The position numbers were made by a program, and so were the translations under genes. Below are positions 37,601 through 44,505 of a DNA stretch of 44,505 nucleotides, piece by piece. Each line of letters opens with the position of its first letter. Positions within the stretch are counted from its first letter, which is position 1. The DNA comes from Chiloscyllium plagiosum (lineage: Eukaryota), in NCBI RefSeq assembly GCF_004010195.1, contig NC_057757.1, positions 4,710,428 through 4,754,932 of the forward strand, in the 5' to 3' direction. The notes under the pieces are model-generated. The model saw only the letters and a list, made by a program, of their open reading frames with translations, ran no database searches and had not been told where the DNA came from.

Positions 37601-40600
37601 TGAGAATATACTTTTTATTTCAACTTTCTGTTTTTTTGCCCATTAATCAATTCTCAGACTGTATCATTAATCCTATGTGCTCTAATGTTGCTTACTAATC
37701 TCTCGTGTGGACCCTTGTTTAAAAACTTCCAAAAATCCAAATAAAAATCTAAATTGTGCTAAAAGATTTACCAGGATGTTACTGGAACTGGAGGGTTTAA
37801 ATTATAAGGAGAGGCTGTATAGGCTGAGACATTTTCTCCTGCGACATCGGAGGGTGAGGGGTGACCTTATAGAGGTTTATAAAGTCATGAGGGCACTTGA
37901 TAAGATGAACAGCCAAGGTCTTTTCCCCAGGTTGGGGGAGACTCTAAAATTAGCGGACATAGGTTTAAGGTGAGGGGGGAAAGATTTAAGAGGGACCTCA
38001 GGGAAAACCTTTTCACACAGAGAACGGTGCATGTATGGAATGAGCTGCCAGGGGAAGTGATAGAGGCAGGTACAATTACAACATTTAAAAGACATTTGGA
38101 CAGGGACATGGATAGGGAAGGTTTAGAGGGATATAGGCCAAACAAATATTAGAATATTTTCTCTACTACTGCAGTCAGGCTAACTGGTCTCTGGTTCCTT
38201 GTTTTCTCTCTTAAATAGTGGGGTGACACTTGCACCTTCTGAGCTGCAGGAAACAATCTGTGCTCCTTCTGGGTTCTACCAGGATTACTCAGTTCTTGAC
38301 CTCATTATGGCTTCAGTTCAAACATGGACAACAGAGCTGAATTCCAGAGGTGAGGTGAGGTGACAGTGACAACCCTTGACATCAAGATCACATTTGAACA
38401 AATGTGATTTTGAGGAGAACTAACAAAACTAGAGTTAATGGGAATCAGGGAGGGACATTTTCTGCTGGTTGGTGTCATACTTGACACAAAGGAAGATGGT
38501 CGTGGTTGTTGGAGGTCAGTCATCTCAGCTCCAGGATGTCACTGCCAGAGTTCCTCAGGAGAAGGTACTAGATCTATCCATCATCCATGGCTTAATCAAT
38601 AACCTTCTCTCCATCATAAGGTCAAAAGTGGGGACGTTTGCTGATGACTGCACAATGTTCAGCACCATTCATGATCCATAGATACTGAAACAGTCGATGT
38701 TCAAGTGCAGCAAGACTTGAACGATATCTATGTTTGGGCTGATAAGTGACAAGTGACATTTTAGATTACAGGAATTAGATTAAAAATCACACAACACCAG
38801 GTTATAGTCCAACAGGTTTAATTGGAAGCACACTAGCTTTCAGAGCGATGCTCCTTCATCAGTCGTGTGATTTTTAACTTTGTACACCCCAGTCCAACAC
38901 TGGCATCTCCAAATCGGGATTGATTACTTGAAACAGGCCCTTCGGCCCAACAAGTCCACACCGACCCTCCGAAGAGCAGACCCATTCCCCTACACCTAAC
39001 ACTACAGGCAATTTAGCATGGCCAATTCACCTAAACTGCGCATTTTTAGACTGTGGGAGGAAACCTAAGCACCCAGAGGAAACCCACGCAGACACGGGGA
39101 GAATGTGTAAATTCCATACAGACAGTTGCCTGAGGTGGGAACTGAACCCAGGTCTCTGGCGTTGTGAGGCAGCAGTGCTAACCACTGTGCCACCGTGCTG
39201 GCCTTATTGGAGATAGTCAGGTAAAGATTATCTCCAACAAGGGAGAATCTAACAATCACCACTTGATATTCACCACTTGAGCATCATCAGAATCTCCGTA
39301 TTCTGTGGGGGGGGGGGGGGGGGGTGGTGGGGTTTAACCATTGACCAGAAACTAAACTTAATGACCCATGTTAATTTAATGGCTCGGAGAGGAGGTCAGA
39401 AGCTAGGAATTCTGCACATCCTGGCTCCCCTGTCACCATCTACAAGGCACAAGTCAGAAGTGTGATTACATACTCCCCACTTGTGTGAATGGGTGCAGTT
39501 CCAACAAATCTCAAGAAGCTCTCACCACAAAGCAGCTCCCGCTTAATTGACACCATGTCCATAAACATTGACAGCCTTCACCTCAGTTGCAGCAGTGCGT
39601 ACCATCTGCAAGATACACTGCAGAAATTCACCAAAGATACTCAGACAGCTCCTTCCAAACCTATAACAGCTACTGTCTAGAAGGACAAGGGCAGCAGATG
39701 CATGGGAACAGAACTTCCTGCCTACTCCCCTTTAAGCCTCTCACCGTACTGACCTACTGTTGTCAGTAGAACGATGGTCATTTTTCAATTTGATGGTTGA
39801 TCAGATAGATTTAAGTCTTCTCTTAGATTAGAATTCTTTTTTAAGTTTTTTGGCTTTTCTATCTTTTCACTCAGTAGAAGGGAGAAAGACGTTTTCTACT
39901 TTCTGGCTCTGAATGGTTCTCGCCGCACTGCTCCTACCAGTCAGCAGCAAATTGCAGCTGGGTCAGTCAGAGGCTGTCATCAGGCAGTTTTCCTTTAACT
40001 TAATGATACCGAGTGGTCCTCTGACTCAATAATCTGACAATGTCATTGCTCTAAAAAGCAAGATAGATATGCTCATCTAAAATTGGGCACCATTTGATTT
40101 ATAGTTTATAGTCCAAAACGGAAAAATGTATGATCCTTTTTCGCACACCTTGTGGTAAAAATGTTCAACTTTGAGATGGTCATTGTATCTTTTAAGCAAC
40201 TTTCTTAAAAGGCATAAAATACATTTCAGGGACTGCAGGTGAGTCTCAATATTATCACTTTCAGGATCCCTTCCAACTCTCACATTAACCTGAGCTGGGA
40301 TAAAGATCCTTCCTTATAATCGCTGGATTAAAATCCTTAAACTCCTTAATTAGAACAGTACTAGGGGAGACACGATCACCACATAGTCCTCTGTGGCTCA
40401 AACAGACTGTCCACCAGCACCTACATGGAAGATCTGAGGGGTCAAATGTCAAAAAATGGACCTTTCCATTTGTTCATACATCTCGAATAAGAATTCATAA
40501 GGCCTGACAGACTACATCTTTTAACACTTTTTCATTCCTGATCCTTAACATATTTGAAAATAACTTTCAGGTTTGTCACTGGAATTGTCATGTATTACTA

Positions 40601-43600
40601 TAAGGAAGACAGTGAAATTCAAGATGACTCTGAGCTTCAGGCCTGGATCAAGGACCTCACTGAAGTTGGACTTGAAGGTATTGGAGACTCTGGTAAGTGC
40701 GTAATACGTTTGAGGCAACATGGTGGCTCAGTAGTTAACACTACTACCTCACAAGCTCCAGCGATCCAAGTTTGATTCCAGCCTCGGATGTCTGTGGAGT
40801 TTGCACATTCTCCCCATGTCTGCATGGGTTTCCATGGGTGCTCCAGTTCCCTCCCACATTCCAAAGATGTACCGGTCAGGTGGATTGGCCATGTTAAACT
40901 GTCCGAGGGTATGCAGGCTAGGCAGATTAGCTAAGGGAAATGTAGGATTATGGGAGTAAGTGGAGGTTGGGTCTGGATGAGATCATCTTCAGACGATCAG
41001 TGCAGTCTTAATGGGCCAAATGGCCTCATAGAGATTCTAAGAATGCAAGCTCATACAGTACAAGGAAAATTGATAGGTCTATATAAATAGCCTCTTCACT
41101 GCCTGACCAAAGTAGCAGTGCAAACAGCACTTATAATGAGATTCACCAACTTGCTTTAAAAAAGTGCAGCAATTTCATCCACAACCTTTGATTTGCAAAC
41201 AATCCTTTTCTCATTTCAGTCCACAATAAAACAATATAGAAAAATAAAAAGATTTGGTCTTTACACTGTTGTAAAGTGAAAGCTAGGGTACTGGGGTAGA
41301 GGGGGCAGGGCAGGAATGACCTGATAGAGGTCCTGAAAACTATGGAAGAATTTGAAAAAAATAAATAGACTGTTTCCGTTGGTCAAAAGAACAAAGGTAG
41401 TACTCATCACTATAAGACAGTCAGCAACAAATCACCCACTGTCAGAATTCTGGGAGTTACCACTGACCAGAAATTCAACACAAAGGCCACAAGAGCAGGT
41501 CAGAGGCTAGGTATACTGCAGCAAAAATTCACCTCCTGACTCCCCAAAGCCTGTCCACCATCTACAAGGCACATGTCAGAAGTGTGATGAAATACTTACC
41601 TGGATGGGTGCAGCTCCAGCAACACTCAAAAAGCTTGACACTATCCAGGAACAAAGCAGCTGCTTGATTGACACCACATCCATAAACATCCACTGATGTT
41701 CAGTAGCAGCAGAGTGTACCATCTACAAGACGCACTGCAGAAATTCACCAAGGTAGCACCTTCCAAATCTATGTCTAGATTAGAGTGGTGCTGGAAAAGC
41801 ACAGCAGGTCAGCCAGCATCCGACGAGCAGGAAAATTGACATTTCGGGCAAAAGCCATTCATCAGGAATAGACCACTTCCATCTAGAACAGCAAGGTTAG
41901 CAGATGCATTGGAACACCACCTGCTGGGAGTTCCCCTCCAAGCTATTCACCATTCTGAATCAAAATATATTGCCATTTCTTCAGCGTTGCTGGGTCAAAA
42001 TCCTGAAATTCCCTCTCTTGGGGCATTGTGCATCTATCTACAGCACATGGCAACTGATGCTGTATCAATTGTAGATTTTAAATGAAGATTGAAATATTTG
42101 TGTTTCCAAGTGAAATGGATAAGTATGGCTATATGGAGATGTGGATCAGTCTCAATCTCATTGAATGGTGAAGCTGACAAGAGCTGAATGGCCACCTGTG
42201 GTCCTACAAAAGTGGAGTTGAGGTGTGGAGCAGACTTGAAGGGACATAGGACCTACTCTTGCTTCTAACATCTTGCTTCTAACATGTAAAAACTGAGAGC
42301 TTTGATGTACTCTTGTGCTCATGAAAGTGGGAGATGTTTGAGCTGGCGAAGGGGGTCACCTCTTTCTCAGCTTTCCTGGTGCAAGCATCATCCCACATAA
42401 AGCTCCTTCGATTTGCTCCCCGATACATCCTGTGAAACGGTGTTTGTCTTTCAGAATTTCCGACATCATTCCACACCAGGGACGACCTGTGCACATTCCT
42501 CACCATGATTATCTTCACATGCAGTGCCCAACATGCAGCCCTGAATAATGCACAGGTAACCACCACACAGACAGGACAGGGAGACAGAAAGTGGGGGGGG
42601 GGGGGGGGGGGGAAGAGAGAGAGAGAGAGAAAAGTAGCTAAGGGAAGAACAAGAGTGGGTGAGATAAAATCAAGAAGAGAGAGCAAAACAGACAAGGAGA
42701 GAGAGAGCAGCGAGAGAAAGATGGAAAGCAGAGAGAAAAAGACTGGGGAGGTAGATGAAGAGAAAGAGAGAGAGAGAAGAGGAGGAAAGGAGAGTGAGAG
42801 AAAAAGAGAAAGAAGAAAGAGAAAAAGACAGTTGTAAAGAAGAGGAAATTGAGAGTGAGAAACAGAGACTGAGGCAGAAGGGGTGTCATAGAGGATTGTG
42901 GAGAGAGACAGTCTTGCACATTATTACAGGGACAGTATTACACATGGGTAGTCATCTGCAGTCTGGCTCAGTTTTTATTGAATCTGGCTCAACATTACTG
43001 AGATAACAGGTTCCCTGACTGAGGTCAGGCAGCACACAGACTGAACCCGGCACGTTTTGATGTATACAAGCTCAGTATTTTAACAGGCCGTGCCTTTGCC
43101 TAAGCCTCTGGAGTAAGAGTTCCTGTTCCTAGCTTCCATTTCGAAGTAGACAAGAAGAGTTAGTCCAGTATGTCTAATTTGCCAGTTTTCCGGTTTCCCC
43201 CCTGGAGTACCAAAAGAGTGCTGCTCTATCAGAGGGGCTGGTCTTTCAGCTGAAATGTAAAACAGGGGATAACATTCATCTTTGGGTGAATAGAAAGATC
43301 CAGTGGTGTGACTGAAAGAAGGACAATGGGTTTCTATTGGCCTATTTCAGTTTTTCACTTTTAAATAGACACCAAGTGTAAATTCAAATTTGCTATAGTG
43401 GGCAAGATGCCCACTGGACTGTATCCTAGTGCTGTGAGCAGCAAATGCCAAGGAGATTGGTCTCCTGATCTAAATGGATTACGAAGCCATGAAGCATTTT
43501 GAGGTAGGGGAAATGCAGTTGTAAATGAAAGTCTTTTCCTTCTTTCTACCCGACTGAATTCGATTTCCTTTCCTTTCTTGAACAGTATGATTGGGGTGCC

Positions 43601-43756
43601 TGGGTCCCCAACTCACCCTGCTCCATGAGGAAGCCTCCTCCCACTACCAAAGGGATCATGACCATGGAGCACATCATGGAATCACTACCATCTCTGCACC
43701 AGTCTTGCCTACAAATGGCAATTCTCTGGATCCTTAATCAGAAGCCATGGGAGATG
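10533..43756 (+). CDS. Arachidonate/PUFA lipoxygenase, ALOX12/ALOX15-like; spliced CDS exons 1-13, 3'-partial (last exon outside window)
   Basis: join(10533..10682,13484..13679,14776..14854,18449..18571,23215..23318,25131..25300,27073..27216,34416..34619,35425..35511,36663..36832,40571..40692,42455..42555,43586..43756) = 1821 nt, open throughout, all GT-AG. LOX motifs: [67 protein letters not shown] and AWVPNxPC resemble ALOX12/15 more than ALOX5; orthology is not established. Confidence 0.95.
12010..13090 (-). mobile_element. Degenerate CR1 ORF2 fragment including the APE endonuclease end
   Basis: [18 protein letters not shown]...[13 protein letters not shown] in ORF 12762..12983. Confidence 0.75.
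13484..13679 (+). CDS. LOX exon 2 (PLAT)
   Basis: ctttccag|VDHYEI...[35 protein letters not shown]|gtaagt; 196 nt. Confidence 0.95.
14228..14545 (+). mobile_element. Second shark SINE family
   Basis: GTCACTGG..TAGTAAT..GGAAGGAAATCTGCTGTCCTTAC..CTACATGTGACTCCAGACC; related at ~25490-25720 and on the minus strand at ~30640-30930. Confidence 0.55.
14776..14854 (+). CDS. LOX exon 3
   Basis: tttcag|(A)[25 protein letters not shown](R)|gtaata; 79 nt, phases fit both neighbours. Confidence 0.92.
14859..16070 (-). mobile_element. 5'-truncated CR1 LINE with (TTCTATG)n tail abutting the exon 3 donor
   Basis: [50 protein letters not shown] repeats at 14859-14876. Confidence 0.92.
16403..16730 (-). 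mobile_element. HE1-like V-SINE nested in a CR1 3' fragment (~16190-16910)
   Basis: Reverse-complement match; interrupts the CR1 sequence between ATGAGCT and CCAGAGG. Confidence 0.85.
18449..18571 (+). CDS. LOX exon 4
   Basis: ttctag|[40 protein letters not shown]|gtaagt; 123 nt. Confidence 0.92.
18603..19367 (-). mobile_element. Two HE1-like V-SINE copies (~18603-18905 and ~19095-19367)
   Basis: Reverse-complement matches to the same family. Confidence 0.8.
19834..21048 (-). mobile_element. Young 5'-truncated CR1-clade LINE with (CTATTGT)n tail, spanning an N gap
   Basis: LQGDLDRL...[10 protein letters not shown]...[17 protein letters not shown]...[17 protein letters not shown] repeats at the 3' end. 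Confidence 0.92.
20466..20633. other. Assembly gap
   Basis: Run of N; the flanks overlap by about 100 bp. Confidence 1.
21755..22080 (+). mobile_element. HE1-like V-SINE
   Basis: Head, V-domain and tail; a further degenerate copy at ~23770-24040. Confidence 0.8.
23215..23318 (+). CDS. LOX exon 5
   Basis: ctttag|(S)[34 protein letters not shown]|gtaatg; 104 nt; SWxxxxDFxxIF motif. Confidence 0.88.
25131..25300 (+). CDS. LOX exon 6
   Basis: ttgcag|(V)[42 protein letters not shown]...LKQEIE|gtacat; 170 nt. Confidence 0.95.
25945..26682 (-). mobile_element. Solo LTR inserted in a CR1 fragment
   Basis: TG...CA ends (TGTTGGAGAA / TTTTCCCACA, imperfect inverted repeat); 5-bp TSD CATAT/CATTT; minus-strand TATAAAA (26117-26123) upstream of AATAAA (26008-26013); the CR1 sequence resumes on both sides. 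Confidence 0.75.
27073..27216 (+). CDS. LOX exon 7
   Basis: tttcag|[48 protein letters not shown]|gtagga; 144 nt. Confidence 0.95.
27722..28752 (-). mobile_element. Candidate 3' LTR of the Gypsy element, with nested CR1/Penelope-type fragments
   Basis: TGTGGCA...TGTCACA termini; purine run GAAAGGGAC on the minus strand directly internal; minus-strand AATAAA near 27790; no matching 5' LTR recognised. Confidence 0.45.
28760..31870 (-). mobile_element. Decayed Ty3/Gypsy LTR-retrotransposon pol (RT, integrase), interrupted by SINEs and a tandem duplication
   Basis: Minus-strand reading gives [36 protein letters not shown]...[10 protein letters not shown] (RT) and [21 protein letters not shown] (pre-integrase), with stops and frameshifts. 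Confidence 0.85.
30296..31795 (+). repeat. Tandem duplication, 2 x 750 bp
   Basis: 30296-31045 vs 31046-31795; about 13 substitutions counted by eye, no indels. Confidence 0.97.
32946..33168. mobile_element. Penelope-like terminal hairpin insertion with 14-bp TSD and hammerhead-like motifs
   Basis: Perfect 91-bp inverted arms 32982-33072 / 33080-33170, 7-nt loop; CTGTAAGAAACTAC at 32932-32945 and 33169-33182. Confidence 0.85.
33080..33110 (+). ncRNA. Minimal hammerhead ribozyme-like motif (mirror copy on the minus strand at ~33040-33075)
   Basis: CTGAAGA-A-GGGC TTAT GCCC-GAA-ACGT-C: core boxes, stem II and palindromic stem III; stem I is weak. Confidence 0.55.
34416..34619 (+). CDS. LOX exon 8 (iron ligands H363, H368)
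   Basis: ttacag|[68 protein letters not shown]|gtacaa; 204 nt. Confidence 0.97.
35425..35511 (+). CDS. LOX exon 9 (Coffa site A406)
   Basis: ttttag|[29 protein letters not shown]|gtgagt; 87 nt. Confidence 0.95.
35790..36040 (-). mobile_element. DeuSINE (SacSINE1/AmnSINE1-like) copy
   Basis: CTGCTCTT...GCCATGGGAT...GAGGCAGA...GAAAGATGG... recalled as the Deu-domain reverse complement; similar at ~3740-4005, ~13825-13960 and ~43190-43340. Confidence 0.55.
36123..36365. mobile_element. Degenerate Penelope-like inverted-repeat element
   Basis: AAATTGCTGGAAAAACTCAGCAGG...CCTGCTGAGTTTCTCCAGCAATTT arms; related pieces at ~16080-16155, ~17010-17115 and ~27866-28020. Confidence 0.7.
36663..36832 (+). 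CDS. LOX exon 10
   Basis: ttccaaag|[56 protein letters not shown](E)|gtaagt; 170 nt. Confidence 0.92.
38831..38862 (-). ncRNA. Minimal hammerhead ribozyme-like motif, second family
   Basis: Minus strand CTGATGA-A-GGAGC ATC GCTCT-GAA-AGCT-A-GTG, inside a rearranged repeat at 38780-38915; related copies at ~11893-12010 and ~5110-5230. Confidence 0.55.
38925..39198 (-). mobile_element. HE1-like V-SINE
   Basis: Reverse-complement match; other minus copies at ~30335-30635 and ~31085-31385. Confidence 0.85.
40571..40692 (+). CDS. LOX exon 11
   Basis: tttcag|[40 protein letters not shown]|gtaagt; 122 nt; DxELQAW motif. Confidence 0.95.
40712..41038 (+). mobile_element. HE1-like V-SINE about 20 nt downstream of the exon 11 donor
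   Basis: Head GGCAACATGGTGGCTCAGTAGTTAAC and V-domain. Confidence 0.8.
42455..42555 (+). CDS. LOX exon 12 (iron ligands H543, N547)
   Basis: tttcag|(E)[33 protein letters not shown]|gtaacc; 101 nt. Confidence 0.96.
42590..42910. repeat. Poly-G plus GA-rich low-complexity tract in intron 12
   Basis: G-run followed by imperfect (GA)n. Confidence 0.9.
43586..43756 (+). CDS. LOX exon 13
   Basis: aacag|[57 protein letters not shown]|gtaagg; 171 nt. Confidence 0.95.
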
Positions 43757-44009
43757 GTAAGGAATTGATGAACAAACTCAACATCTTCCCCATTTCTGAA
43801 GGAAGGGGGGGAATGAGTCCAACCAGGAATGGAAAGTGGAATTTGAAGGCACACTGCATTGACTCCAGAGATGGTAGCATTGACTTAGGAGCAGAGGTTG
43901 AATCAAACAGATCTATCCTCCCTGGTGCTCAGAAGAATGAAATGTATATGTATATTGTGGGGCACACCCTGAGAGGCCATTTCTCAAAGAGTTAGCAGGT
44001 TGGGATCAT

Positions 44010-44466
44010 TGTCAACTCCACCTCCCCCCCCAACTCTGCCAAGGACATGCAAGTCCTGGGCCTCCTCCACTACCAAATTCTAGCTACCCGAAGCCGAGAG
44101 GAAAAACACCTCATCTCCAATCACACTGGATCAATGTTGATTTCACCAGTTTCCTGATCTCCCCTCCCCCACCTTATCCCAGGTCCTACTTTCCAACTCG
44201 ACACCACCTTCTTGAACTGTCCTACCTGTCCATCTTCTTTCCCACCTACCTGCTCCATCTCCCACTCCGAACTATCACCATTACTTCCCACCTCCATCTG
44301 CCTATTACATTCCCAGCTACCTTCCCTGTTCCCACCAACCAACTGTCCTACCTGTCCATCTTCTTTCCCACCTACCTGCTCCATCTCCCACTCCGAACTA
44401 TCACCATTACTTCCCACCTCCATCTGCCTATTACATTCCCAGCTACCTTCCCTGTTCCCACCAACC
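44010..44466 (+). mobile_element. Penelope-like element 3' fragment (GIY-YIG C-terminal end plus pyrimidine-rich region)
   Basis: SAKDMQVLGLLHYQILATRSREEKHLI.../INVDFTSF with frameshift; contains a 2 x 126-bp duplication (44215-44340 / 44341-44466). Confidence 0.7.
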
Positions 44467-44502
<36 letters not shown>

Positions 44503-44505
44503 ACC

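Larger units (their letters stand above)
38300..39760 (+). mobile_element. Degenerate CR1/L2-like LINE RT fragment split by nested insertions
   Basis: [17 protein letters not shown]...VPQ...INNL...FADDCT; related 3' pieces at ~41430-42050 and ~27380-27680. Confidence 0.7.

Noticed and set aside
42556..43006. Glu/Arg/Lys-rich ORFs after exon 12
   Set aside because: They are read-through into a GA-rich intronic tract past a clear GT donor at 42556.
10533..43756. Calling the gene ALOX5, or a pseudogene
   Set aside because: ALOX5-specific residues are missing. The frame, splice sites and iron ligands are intact, and the missing stop codon is explained by the window edge.
44215..44505. Identical 126-bp tandem repeat, poly-C and the 127-aa minus-strand ORF
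   Set aside because: It lies inside a Penelope fragment beside a homopolymer. It is probably an artefact or slippage, and the ORF has no coding support.
1..44505. CRISPR arrays, operons or other prokaryotic systems
   Set aside because: This is intron-containing vertebrate DNA, and I saw no repeat-spacer array.

Overview
This is vertebrate genomic DNA, almost certainly from a cartilaginous fish, judged by HE1/V-SINE-type SINEs, CR1 LINEs and Penelope-type repeats. It is dominated by one intron-rich lipoxygenase gene on the + strand. I traced 13 coding exons by hand from the ATG at 10533 to 43756, giving 1821 nt or 607 codons. All introns are GT-AG, the phases are compatible and there are no internal stops. 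The last exon, which should carry the C-terminal Ile iron ligand, lies beyond the window. The protein has a PLAT domain and a catalytic domain with iron ligands H363, H368, H543 and N547. The C-terminal half looks ALOX12/ALOX15-like, but several active-site residues are unusual. A TATA box and an overlapping STAT6-type/kB-like motif sit just upstream of exon 1. The rest is mostly transposon debris: V-SINEs, DeuSINE-like copies, CR1 and Rex1/Babar LINE fragments, a decayed Gypsy element and a solo LTR. Several Penelope-like termini carry minimal hammerhead-ribozyme motifs, including a perfect 91-bp hairpin insertion with a 14-bp target duplication. There are also a diverged ~1.6-kb direct duplication upstream of the gene, a 750-bp tandem duplication and two N gaps. 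Nearly all ORFs in the supplied track are repeat-derived or chance ORFs. Residue numbers refer to my spliced reconstruction, and comparisons to mammalian LOXs are from memory, not from an alignment run.
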